A stretch of DNA of 64,000 nt from the NCBI RefSeq assembly GCF_009914755.1, contig NC_060932.1. One strand, given 5' to 3'. A model generated the notes under the pieces. That model searched no databases. It saw only the letters and a list, made by a program, of their open reading frames with translations, and had not been told where the DNA came from. Shown piece by piece: positions 39,914 through 52,316 of the stretch. Positions within the stretch are counted from its first letter, which is position 1. Every line of letters begins with the position of its first letter. Source of the DNA: the human T2T-CHM13v2.0 reference genome, Homo sapiens. Position numbers and translations under genes: made by a program.

Positions 39914-42250
39914 ACCTCCTTGGTTAAGTATATTCCTAGGTATTTTATGTGTGGTGAATCACATGTATTGACTTGTGTATGTTGAATCATCCTTTCATGC
40001 CTGGAATGGAACCTACTTGATTGTGGTGAGTTATCTTCTTGATATGCTATTAAGTTTGGTTTGCTAGTATTTGTTGAGGATTTTTGCATCTCAGTTCATT
40101 GGAGATATTGATCTCTATCTCTTTCTTTTTGTTGTGTCCTTTCCTGGCTCTGATATCAGAGTGATACTGGCTTCATAGCATGAGTCAGGTAGGATTCCCT
40201 CCTTAATCTTTTGATAGTTTCAGTAGTATTGGTACCAGATCTTCTTTGAATGTTTAGTAGATTTCACGTGTGAATTCACCTGGTCTTGAGCTTTTTTTTT
40301 TTTGTTTGAAAATTTTTTTATTGCTGATTCAATCTCACTACTCATTATTGATCCCCTGAGGGGATCATCAATTGTGCACGATTTTCTAGATGTTTGAGTA
40401 TCTAAGAACCTTTGTCTTTTAAATACGAGTTGAAAATATTGTCATGAATAAAATAAAAATTAATTTAGCATCTGATTCACAGAATCTTTTTGTTGTTTTG
40501 TATTTTAAGATCCAATTGTAATCTTAACTGGATAATAAGATTACAATTATTCTCATGAAAACCTTTTAGATCCCAATTTGGGTCCTCAAAAATTCGAATG
40601 CATGGGAAGTAGTTACAAAAGCAATAAACAAAAGAAAACATGTTAAGAGTAAAGAGTTAAAAATGAGGAAAATAGTACTGAAAGGAGAATAAACACTCTA
40701 AAAAGAAAGGGAGAAGGAAATTGGAGCCCTAGAAAGATCAGTAGAGAGTGAAGGGAAAGCACTAGTGGTATTAAAGGTGATACAAATGAAAGTCTGGGGT
40801 AGATGAATAAGAGGAGCTAGAAACAAGATGATTGATAGAGAAAGGCATTGGCACCAGAGTGTGCATTACAGTTGGAGGAACACCACCAAGAGAACTCACT
40901 GAGGGGGTAAAAGTGAATGGAAGGAAAAGTAAAGAGGAAGAAGGATTGCTATTAACTGCAATGTTTCTGAAATTTTCTTGACTTAAGAATAAAAATAAGC
41001 TGTGGGCAAATGGATTTTTTTTTCAGTTTGGTATGAACTGTGGGGTCTGTATGGTTGAAATTACTGGTTTTACATTCCTATGAAAATGAATTATTTTGAA
41101 TTTTTATTGCCTTTCTCTTTGAATAATCTACCAGTCTTTATTAGAAATCTGAGAGGTAAAAAAATCACATTCTCTGTCCACATCTTCCCCCCAATCTTTT
41201 CAAGACCTACATTTAATTCTAAAATAAAATGATAGAGGTGAATACCTATACAAATAGTGGAATGGTACTACCATATATTCCTAGACCCTCATTTAAACTT
41301 GCTGTTTGTGAGATCTAAAAACAGCACAGCACTTTTTAATCTTTTTCTACTCGTCTAACACTGGCCTTTTCTCAGTTTTATATAAAAGTATTTGGAAACA
41401 TTTAAATATAACTTTCAGAGTAGTAATATTAGTATCCAGATAACTGGCTTTTGCTAGGAAGGAATTTGTGTGGCCTTATTAAAATTCTTTTTAATTTTTT
41501 TTAAATCACTGAATGAGCATTGAGATGTTAATTGATAAATTAAAATGAGCAAAATTTGATTTAAACTTAGTGTCTAACCAACTTCTTAGTTAATGGAGCA
41601 CATTACTTTTTATTAAATTTGTACAAAAACTGCTGCTTCTTGAACCTTTGGGGAAACATTGCCTTTTTACTGAAGATTAAGAAACTTGTTAGTGAATAAT
41701 TGAAAAGAAGTTACAGAATAGGCCTGTTAAACTATTACTATACATTTTATGGTGAAAGCTTAAGCAGCACAATTATCAATAACAAGCACATAGTTATTTT
41801 AGAAATACTGCAATTCATATAGGAGAAGGTGATTTATAAATTTCTAAATCCACCAGTTTTAAGCGTAGTGCCCAGAAATGCCTTGGATGCAGCTTGCATT
41901 TGGTGTTCAGTATTGTGAGGCACTAATCAGCTAAGTACCATAATCCTCCTTACAGGGTACATTCTTACTTGACCTGGAGCTATATACAGCCACATAGTAA
42001 CAGCATTAAAGAATAACCTTTTTCTTAACAGGCCCATCACTAGAGGATTCTATGACTCCATCCTTTGAATGAGTGTTGTTTTTGTGTAATTTTTTAGTAA
42101 CTTAGTTTTGAAATAAAACAATTGTAAACAAGTAGAGACTTTCAAATCATCTGATTAAGGATGGCTCCTATGATTTTGCCAGGGCTAGAAGGATTAAATG
42201 AAAGCACTGCCTGGCACACTGTTGATGTATTTTTGTCAACATGATGCTTC

Positions 42251-42282
42251 ATGCTCGACAGATGTGCATTGGTTGAACAAAG
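42251..42282 (+). CDS. RIMS2: Candidate coding part of an alternative RIMS2 first exon (MLDRCALVEQ + AG)
   Basis: ATG at 42251; 10 codons plus 2 nt; donor AAG|GTAAAA. The phase-2 end matches the phase-2 start of exon 46891 (AG+G = Arg). Non-repeat context. Kozak context is weak and there is no expression evidence. Confidence 0.45.
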
Positions 42283-45200
42283 GTAAAATAATGAAAATAT
42301 ATTAAATCTTAATTGTGATATGTAAAAATTTATATATTTTTGTTTTTTTATAAATAGAAATTGATTTATTCAAAGCTTTTTGTAGGAATTATAGAAACGG
42401 GCCTTTGTTTTCATGTTTTACAGGATTATATACTTCTGTTAAATCCTTGATTTAATGTGTTTTAACAATTTAAAATTTTAGAATTTGGTTGCAATGTTAT
42501 GCTTAAACTGCATGGTTAGTTAGCATTGTGTAATTGTATTCATGAAGTATTACATTAGTTTATTTAGCAATATCCATGCTTTATAAAGATTTTTAAAAAC
42601 AAGTAGGTATTTTTTCAGGTTATTGATTTTTAAAGAGTGATTTACATATTTTTATTTATAAAGTAACAATTTTTTAATGATCTCTACTAATAATGCTTAT
42701 GAGTCAGGAATTTTCATATAGGTAGTACTTAATTTAATAATATAAAATTTGAATTTACAAAAATTAGTAATCTTCAAATTTTGCACTGTATGTCCAGTGT
42801 TGTCATAATTTTTAAAAATTGCATATTTCTACAGTTGAGTTAAAATATGTAAATATTACAGTGTAGGTTTCCATGTAATTTTTCACTGTTTATAAATGTT
42901 TTCAAATGTTCATTAGACTATATTTTCAGAGATTTGATGATTCTTTTATCAATATGGTCAGAATTATAGCTGGTATTAGTAACACAAATCACTTAAGATG
43001 GTAAAGCCTGTAAATATTAAAATGGAAGTTATGGTAAAAACATGATGAATTAATTTATGGCATGTAAACCCTGGATGCCTTTGGGAAATCTGGAAGTGAT
43101 TTTAATTGGGAAAGAAGCTTCTTTGGAGTTTTCCCATCAGTCAGTATGCTTTTTGGACATAGAATTTAAGGAGTCTAATTGGTAGGATTTCCTACGCAAA
43201 CTATTTTGCATAGTTAGAATAACATTTATAATGGAGCATCAGATGTGTTATACAAGCTAGAATATTTAGAAATAGATTGAATAGTCCACATGACAAACAA
43301 TTGTAAGCAAGGAATAGAAATGATACTTACTACAGTAGATTTAGGATGTTTAAAATGTGGTTTTCTATAAACTGGTTCTAATTAAGGACAGAATACTCTG
43401 GCAAAAGAGAAAGCAATTCTAACAACACAGGTGGCAATAAAGAGAAGTGAATCGATATTAGGTAAATATAAAGTGAATATAAATATATACTGATATTATA
43501 ACAGAAATAAGGATAATAGAATGCGTAGGAGTAAAGATTAAGGCACTATATGATGCCACAAATACATTTTATACTAAAGAAAGGCATAATTTTGGATTCT
43601 GCCTCTTAATTTCTCAGGGTCTTTGAAGGATTAAGTGAAATGTAAAATCCTAGACGAATCGTTCCTTTTCCTTTGTATTATAACAGATGAATTAAATACT
43701 GCTAAATGCCTTATGGTTCTGTAGAGAAATATACAAATTATCAATGATATTGCTTTATCTATTAAATATTTTCCACCTGATGATAATAAATGCTAAGGCT
43801 TGTTTATAAAGGCCAATAGCAAAGATATACAGTAGAAACACATTACTTGAATTTACACTGATTTTATTTAGTTCCTGAAAGGAATATACTATCTATGAAA
43901 TATAGAAGTTTAAAATTTAAAGGACAGTATATATGAAGTAATTCATAATATAGTTGGTAAAAATTGTTTGATAGAATATTTATTATTTTGAAATAATTGA
44001 TTGCAGGTTCTTCATTGTTTGATACATGTATTGTTAGAATGAAATCTTGCCTTGTTTCTCGCATAGTGTTAACATACTGTAAGGTACTATACCTTAAAGG
44101 GTATTCTTGAAAACCTAAGTCTTTGTAACAGTGACAGTAGTCATCCCAATTTCCGATTATAACCACTGTTCCATTTTTATAGTGGTTATAATCTTAAATC
44201 CAGTACAAATCGACATCTACAGTATGATTCACATATTTCTGGCAAATTTGATAATCTCTAGAACAATGTGATTGCTGGATTTAACATTGAATTCAATTTT
44301 CCTAAGGTATGATTTTTAAAAAGTACTTAGATGGCTTGCTAGTGACTAATTATTAATAGCCTTTCTCTTGGAACTGAATTCCATAATAGGAAGTAAATAT
44401 TCTTATTTATCTGTAAGATAAAATATAATCCCCTGTTATAAAGACTCATTGTATTCACTTTATACTCTACTTACTTTCAAAAATTCATGTTAATTCCTTA
44501 AGATAGGAATGAAATATTCCTTTTTTTAACTTCTATCCTAAAATACTCAGTTTAACATTAAATGTATTATGGGAAATCTTTAATGCATTAAGCTTTCATG
44601 TAGGCTTATTAACTTGATGAAGTTGTGGTATCAATATTGTAAAATCATAGTACCTAAGAAATGGAAGATGGTTTTAGAATCATTCACCCTCTTAAGAACA
44701 AGGAAGGTGTCTTAATCATTTCTGCATTCCTAATTTATAAGATAGTGTGTGGCATTTATTTCTTAACCTAATATATGTTTGTTAAAGTAATATATAAGTT
44801 AACATGTAAAATCTATGCCTCTCAATTTAAAGCACAAACTCCTAAGGATTTAATGGTTATATAGTTCGAAATAACTGGCTAATTACAAAAGTATGACTAA
44901 GAACTGTAGATTCCTTAAATCTAGTGTTCTCTTCATGATAGACTACTATCATGCTAGAGTTTTTTTAGTCAAATGTATAAAAGTAATGACAAAAGTGAAA
45001 TGAATGATGCACAGTGCACACACACATATACACAGAAACATAGGGTGTTGGGTACTATAAATTTTTTTGAATGTTTTGTTTTGATTGTAAATTTTAAACT
45101 GTAGGAATCTATGGTTTTATGTAACAATTGTAATATAAAAGATTTGTAATTAAGTCCTAAGTGTTTCATATATAAATGTAAATGCTAAAAAATATCACAT

Positions 45201-46890
45201 CCACTTTCTTAATTATAAAACATTTAAGGGATAGACTAATTTTTTCACTTTCTACAGTACTTATTCCTTTATAGTTCCAGGTTAGAGTTTATCCTGGCTT
45301 TGTACTTACATGAGATTTGAAAGGTAGAGGATATACAGAAGCCATTATTGTCAAGCATTAGTTGTTGGCTAGCAGATGGGCAGATATAAAAGTCTTAGTG
45401 GCTCCTGGGCAAACTCCTGTTAATTGGCCACCCTGATGCTGTAGGTGGTACAGGTAATTGCTGGCAGATTTCCATAGACTCCTGACATTCACAGCAGCTT
45501 TCTAGTGTCCATTTTGAGAACCCTTGTCTTTGCATCTTCAGGCTAAGATCATCAGCATTAACTTTCTTGGCCTTTATTCCTGTCGCCCATTCAACTGTTA
45601 TGTAGCTTCTGGTTCCTGAATTAAAACCCTTCCTACCTGGAAAACCTAGACTAACTTCTGTTTTCGTTAGTGAACCTAATTGGTAGATTGGCAGACTGTG
45701 TTCCAAATATGAGGGGAAAAGGGATTCTGTGACCCGGGGGAGATATTAGAGAAGAGTGCTGATTTTGCCAGGTTGGGTCATTCTACTGTATCCTTTATCT
45801 GCTCTTGCTTTTGGGCTAAGAAACCATTGACTAAGAAATTCACAACTGAACTGTTGAATCTTAGTCATCTTTAACTTCAGCTGACTTCACTCTTTCATTG
45901 TCTCCTGTTCATGTCCTGGCAAAATCCCCATAATAGTTTTCTAAACCTTTTCTGTTATCTTCAGGATTCTAATCCTATTGCTTTTCATGATTAATAGTTG
46001 ATATTATCTAAGTTTATTCCAGAGAAAAGGTTAGTGTGAATATTTTGTTAACAGGGTATCATGTCTTATTGCAAGGTTCACTAGGTTTTACCAGTGTTAG
46101 AAGGGTAAGTTGAGAAGGTAATAAGCAGTTTCTTCCTCTGAGACTATAAGGAAATATGAGGGGTCAGATGTGGAGACTTAGTAGAATAATATCACCAAGC
46201 TGTTCTTAATCTAAATGAAGATGGAATAAAAATAGCAGTTTTTTCTGATTTCTAGGATTTTTGTAATGAATAAATCATTATTATTTGTCTATTTTTATTG
46301 CTTATCTCAAGTTAGATCAATAAAAAAGGGTTGGAGACATGATGATAAAATGAAAATTTAGGTGAACCAATACTAGGAATGATCTAGAAGATGATGAATG
46401 AAAAATGATTTTTAAGAGCCAGCACTTAATTTTAGTCAGAAAGTATTCAACTCTTGAGCCAAATCAGTTTGGCTTCATTACATTTTCAGGTAACTTTCAT
46501 ATCAGCATGTTAGGTATAGAGAAGATGGAGGAAATATTTTTCTAAGCTGCTGAATAATAGTTGGTGGGTAGTGGAAGTGTACGTAGCAAACCAAGCAAGG
46601 AAATTAGAATAAATGCTAGTTTATAGCAGTGGAATATCATATTATCTAATTTTCAAGCATAAGCATATTCCAGATATAGTGTTGCAGGCACTTAATAACC
46701 ACAACAAAGTACTTATTTGAACTGAATATAATGAATACTACTAAAACCATTGTTACGCTATGCCTTTAAAATGAAATTTTAAAAAGGCAAAAGGACTACT
46801 TAGTTATCCATCAACCTGCCAGCAAATCAATGAAATGTAAAATTGATAAACTTTTGCTCTTCTCATTGTTCTTTTCCTTTGGTTACTTAG

Positions 46891-47816
46891 GAAAAGAAGC
46901 CCATCTGTGTCCAGAGATCAGAATAGAAGATACGACCAAAGGGAAGAAAGAGAGGAATATTCACAGTATGCTACTTCGGATACCGCAATGCCTAGATCTC
47001 CATCAGATTATGCTGATAGGCGATCTCAACATGAACCTCAGTTTTATGAAGACTCTGATCATTTAAGTTATAGGGACTCCAACAGGAGAAGTCATAGGCA
47101 TTCCAAAGAATATATTGTAGATGATGAGGATGTGGAAAGCAGAGATGAATACGAAAGGCAAAGGAGAGAGGAAGAGTACCAGTCACGCTACCGAAGTGAT
47201 CCGAATTTGGCCCGTTATCCAGTAAAGCCACAACCCTATGAAGAACAAATGCGGATCCATGCTGAAGTGTCCCGAGCACGGCATGAGAGAAGGCATAGTG
47301 ATGTTTCTTTGGCAAATGCTGATCTGGAAGATTCCAGGATTTCTATGCTAAGGATGGATCGACCATCAAGGCAAAGATCTATATCAGAACGTAGAGCTGC
47401 CATGGAAAATCAGCGATCTTATTCAATGGAAAGAACTCGAGAGGCTCAGGGACCAAGTTCTTATGCACAAAGGACCACAAACCATAGTCCTCCTACCCCC
47501 AGGAGGAGTCCACTACCCATAGATAGACCAGACTTGAGGCGTACTGACTCACTACGGAAACAGCACCACTTAGATCCTAGCTCTGCTGTAAGAAAAACAA
47601 AACGGGAAAAAATGGAAACAATGTTAAGGAATGATTCTCTCAGTTCAGACCAGTCAGAGTCAGTGAGACCTCCACCACCAAAGCCTCATAAATCAAAGAA
47701 AGGCGGTAAAATGCGCCAGATTTCGTTGAGCAGTTCAGAGGAGGAATTGGCTTCCACGCCTGAATATACAAGTTGTGATGATGTTGAGATTGAAAGTGAG
47801 AGTGTAAGTGAAAAAG
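46891..47816 (+). CDS. RIMS2: RIMS2 (regulating synaptic membrane exocytosis 2) large internal exon, 926 nt; linker between the Zn-finger and PDZ domains
   Basis: Acceptor CTTTTCCTTTGGTTACTTAG|G, donor AAG|GTAAGC; open frame (R)KRSPSVSRDQNRRY...YRSDPNLARYPVKP...RHERRHSDVSL...MLRNDSLSSDQSESVRPPPPKPH...EEELASTPEYTSCDDVEIESESVSEK(G), recognised as RIM2; phase 2 in, phase 1 out. Confidence 0.96.
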
Positions 47817-48119
47817 GTAAGCTTTCTAATCATACATTTTGCTGTAATTGATTAGATAAGCGTTTTTTTTAATAGATTGCATTTCTGAGTGAAAATTTAA
47901 TAGGTATTACTAGTAGCTTTATTTTAAAAGTCTTTTAATGGCATCGAACGTGTGAAGAAAATTTCGTGTTATAAAAAGTATCTTCTGTTGTTCATGTATA
48001 AGAACGACAGAATGATGTTCTATTGATTTTTAAAAATTGCCTTCTTGCTTTGTTTCTGAAAGTTTTCTTGTATCATTTGACAGCATATTTCAAAAATATC
48101 CATTAACTGTAGTTTTTAA

Positions 48120-49240
48120 AATAACATTTATTTTTTGTCTCCTTATAAAAGTAACAATATATTCACTATAAAACATCTGAAAAAGTCCTCAAAGCATAAA
48201 GAATGAAATGCAAGTTATCCATATTTCTTCCCCCAGATATAACCATTGTTAACCTTTTATTGTATTTTCTTTCTTTTTTTTCCTATGCATGTATGGTTTA
48301 TAGATTTATAAAATTGATATCATGCTATATATAATTTTGTATACTGATGCTTTCAATTGTTATCACATCATAAGTGATTTTTTTCAAGCCATTAGATGTT
48401 CTTTAGTAATACGTTTTAAATAGCTACACTAATATTCTATCATAAGATTATACCACAACTAAATATTTCTTTATTTGGGGCATTGCTGTGGCTTCCATTT
48501 GCCAATGTAAAAATTATAATGGTTATCTTTATACATACTTTTTGCCTACATCTCTTGAGTATTTCAAAAATATATATTTGTACTTTGGATTATTTTAAGC
48601 TTTAATTCAGATTACCAAATTGCTTTCCAAAAAGGTTGTAACATGCTTTACTCTTATCAGATGTACTTGAGTTTTCAGTCTCAATTCACCAAATCTTTGC
48701 CAATTGAATAGCCACAAAAATGCTCTCTTTGTCATTTTAATTTGAATTTGATTGTAAAGTTGAATGTTTTATATGTTTATCTGCATTTGATATCTTCTGT
48801 GAATTATCTGTTCATTCCTTTAATTCCTTCTGCCCATCTTTCTCTGGGTATTAGTTTTTCTATTATTGATTTATAAGCACTTTTTATATAGTTAGGATTT
48901 TACCCCATTTAACTATTATTTGCCAAATACATTTCTCATTTTAATGTTTATCTAGTATTTTAATTTGTTTATTTGAAACTGTTGAATTTAATGTATCTAA
49001 ACCTTTGTATTTGGTGATTTTTTTCCATTATTTTCATCTTTAAAAGCTCTTTATTCGCTTCCAAATCAATTAAGTATTTAACTGTATATTATCTCATTTT
49101 TAAATTATTTTTAACCATTAACTTTTTTAACATTCTGGAATTTATTTTGGTGTATGACAAAAATATACCAGATGGATGAGTATCATACCAACCTCCTACC
49201 CCCAATTTCCTTATACTATTTGATGAATAGTCCATTTTTT
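48120..49240 (-). mobile_element. Ancient L1ME/L1MC-type 3' fragment
   Basis: Antisense 3' end and ORF2 C-terminal motifs (ATTACCAAATTGCTTTCCAAAAAGGTTGTA; CTGGAATTTATTTTGGTGTATGA). Confidence 0.6.
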
Positions 49241-49244
49241 GTTT

Positions 49245-49860
49245 ATCGAATCAACAGGAATCACTAAGGGAATTCAAGAAAGGAGCTAGGTATGAAATGA
49301 TTATGGAATCATTTTATACTGTACCAAAATAATTAGTTAGAACACATTAATTGTTTCCATTCTGAATTAAAAATAAAAAATGTGATATAAAAATAACTAA
49401 CAAGAAATGAGGGGCCCACAGGAAGAGCCATAAAATTTTACTGAGTAACATAAGGAAGATGTGAGTAGCGGTTCATTTCATGTTCCTAATTAGGAAGGCT
49501 AAGTAGTATAAAGATGCAAGCTCTTTGCAGATAATCTCTTGGAGTTAATAACATTCTAGACATAATACCAGTTGGACCCTTGAAGTATTTTATTTCTAAA
49601 GTTAGTCTGGAAGAAACAACACTTGTAAGAATAATTAAGAGTAGTGAGGGAGAACTCACTTGACCAGATAGTATAATATGACAATAATTGAAAATGTGAT
49701 ACTGATAGAAAATTTGGACATATCGGTGAAATTCTAATATAATATATTAAAACTAATAAATGATAAAATATAAAATGCACAACAATCCAAGTGGGGAGAG
49801 ATAAACTATTCAACAAATAGGGTTGGGGAAATGCATATGAAGTTTTAAAAAATCACATTA
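49245..49860 (+). mobile_element. Ancient L1M ORF2 fragment in opposite orientation
   Basis: A-rich sense ORF2 remnants ending ...GATAAACTATTCAACAAATAGGGTTGGGGAAA. Confidence 0.5.
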
Positions 49861-51469
49861 GGGATATTTCATATTTGTTGCATTCAAATGATAAATACTA
49901 AGAAAAACTTGCTTATTAAAATATAGTTATCTATAAAGAGCAACTATCGATCTTAATTATTTTTTTTATGGAGTATATAGAGATTTTATTTTCCCTAAGC
50001 TGTAGTACTTCCTTAAGTATATTTAATAATCTTTAGTTTGGTCATTTTTCACATTTGCCAGAGTATATCATGATACTAAAAAATAAGAAAAAAGATAGTT
50101 TTGTTATCTTTGGTGGTTTGGTTTAGATTCTATCTGGTAGGTATTTCTATTATCCTTTGCTAAAGTAATGCCTTCACTTGTACCACATAAAAATGTAAAA
50201 AACTCAGAAATGTATCAATTCAGTGCTTGAAAGCTTTTTTATATGTGATATCTTTATTTTAGTATTCTGAAGTATCCACTTATAAAAGTCTCATATAAGT
50301 AAAAAGGTATATATGAGTTAAATTAAAATCCTATTTGAAACAAATTAGCAAAACTAAAACATTTATCAAATATAGAAAAAAATGGCTTTCACTTTTTTTT
50401 ATTCCAAAACTTGAACTTCTAATAGACGCTCTTGAAGATAGGCCTCTGTCTCATTTATTTAATCATTTGTTTCACAGAGGACAGTTTCTGCCAACATGTA
50501 TTTGGCAGAAAACTACACTTTAATTTGAATTTGGAAGAATAAACTTGAATGAAGTAATCTTTTTTCTGTTTGATATTTCCCCCAATAATTGAATTCAGTG
50601 AGGATAAATTGTAGCTGTTGAGACACTGGGATATTATGGGAAAGAGATTGAGTTATGTCTTGACTTTTCATCATTATAGTAGCATTTTTTTATTATTTGT
50701 GGAAAATTGGCAATTTGATTTGGGAATAAATTACCTTTAGAAGTATCTAACATTGTGATTCATCTTTGATAGTTAACTAATGTTAGAAAATTCTTCCTAA
50801 TAGTTAAAGAAATTTTGTTAGTGAATTTTAAACATGTTTTTCTGTATTTTTATATGGAGTGACATCATTCTGAGAACAAACCAACTTTTAAAAAATAATC
50901 ATCACTTTGCTTTATTATCCCTACACTAAATAACTCCAAAGAATGTGTTTTACAACTCAGATCTCTTTCTCCTTGTCTTTACTTTTCTGTTTTTTTCAAT
51001 TTTGTGCATAATCTTTCAAAAATATGCAAGGCAAATTTGCATCAAGTTATCTAATTTTAAAATGTTAACCAACACTTTATAAATAGCACCAGGGAACATT
51101 ATCATTGCAGAATAATTTTTTTTCGAGGTCCTAGTACATCATAGCTTCTACTACGTAGCAGAATCTTTCCTGGTCTATAAATAATAAAATTCCTTGGAAA
51201 TTGGTAGCGAGTTTATAATTTACTCTACCTAATTTTTTTTTCTCTGCTGTCCTTTTGGATATTCTGTTTCTTTTCTTCTTCTATCTTTAGCCTTATTGGT
51301 GTGTTAGTGACTTTGGCTCGTCTCTTACTTGTCACTTCGGATGGATTTCATTATTTTAAATATACAGAGTTTCACTCAAATTTATAATAGATGTCATTTC
51401 ATTCAGTATGTTCTGTTAAATGATGCTGCTAATTACAATGACTGGGCCATTGTTTGTGTAACAAAAACA

Positions 51470-51700
51470 GAGAGGTTTCATGGGAAGAGTATCAGTTTTG
51501 GAGTAAAAGAGGATGATCAAACCCTGGTTCTGTCCTTCACTATGTGATTTTGTTCTACCTTTTTAACCACTCTAGGTCTGTTTCTTTACCTATAAATCTG
51601 TAAATCAGGATAATAGTATCTTTATTGTTCAGTCATTGTAAGGATCAAATGAGACTGTGTATACACAATACTCATCATACAGTATTCAAATCATTTTTGG
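51470..51700 (+). mobile_element. MIR
   Basis: TTTCTTTACCTATAAA...GGATAATAGTATC...TTGTAAGGATCAAATGAG. Confidence 0.6.
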
Positions 51701-52310
51701 ATTACTTAATGTTCTGTGATAGTTAAGACTTCTATAGGACAACTCTCAAGAGCTTTGAATGAAAGTATAATTGTGGTCATACGGATGTGGTCATTTGTGT
51801 TGGTTTCACCTCTTCCAAGATCTGTCCTAAACTGAATGAAGCTTGTTTTCAGGGTGGAAAGAGTATGCTTAACTTGTTGAGATGTAATTTTGAGATGTAA
51901 TTCAGTGTCTCACTGAATACTGAACACCAATTTACTCATTTTTCTGCCAAGAACTCTTTCAGTGCCTATAATTTGCAAGGTGTTGGATTGGATCCAGTGG
52001 AAAATGTAGAAATGATTTACACATTTTTTCTATTCTGGAAATTGAAAATCTAAAATAACTAGCAATATAAGGCAATTGTACTAAACAGGTACCGTAGGAC
52101 TTCAGAGGAAAGAAGCATTAGTTGTATTTACTGATTTTTGCGCACTCTGTATGTCTTGTAACACTTTTCTTTTACTCAGTGTGATATAGTTTGCTTTTTA
52201 TAACACTAAATTGATCGCTTTCCCATACTTTCTGTTCGGTTAGGAAATTGCAAATTGATTTTTTTTCTTTTTCGTTTTTTGTGTGTTTGTTTTTTGCCTT
52301 TGGGCTATAG

Positions 52311-52316
52311 AAGGAG
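52311..52316 (+). CDS. RIMS2: Candidate 6-nt RIMS2 microexon (AAGGAG; adds Glu-Gly)
   Basis: ~65-nt AG-free U-rich tract, TGC at -16..-14, acceptor CTATAG|, donor GAG|GTAAGT; frame-preserving at phase 1. Confidence 0.6.

Larger units (their letters stand above)
36706..40352 (-). mobile_element. L1 (L1MA1-3/L1PB4-like), 5'-truncated, host of nested L1PB and THE1 insertions
   Basis: 3'UTR at 36706 (TAGCTTTAGGGGTACAAGTGG); ORF2 remnants resume after 39124 and after 39918. Confidence 0.85.

Noticed and set aside
41015-41036. TTTTTTTTTCAG-TTTG-GTATGA as a 4-nt microexon
   Set aside because: Weak donor, frameshifting, short tract and no UGC, unlike the 52311 candidate
46992-47315. 107-aa antisense ORF and 78-aa alternate-frame ORF (46830-47066)
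   Set aside because: Shadow frames of the RIMS2 exon with no independent support
46907-47851. 314-aa ORF as a stand-alone gene (GTG start, ...GKLSNHTFCCN stop)
   Set aside because: It is the RIMS2 exon read through its splice sites; the true bounds are 46891-47816, and I saw no convincing nearby poly(A) signal for a terminal-exon form
51232-51290. Long pyrimidine tract ending CTTTAG
   Set aside because: No matching donor or open frame found downstream
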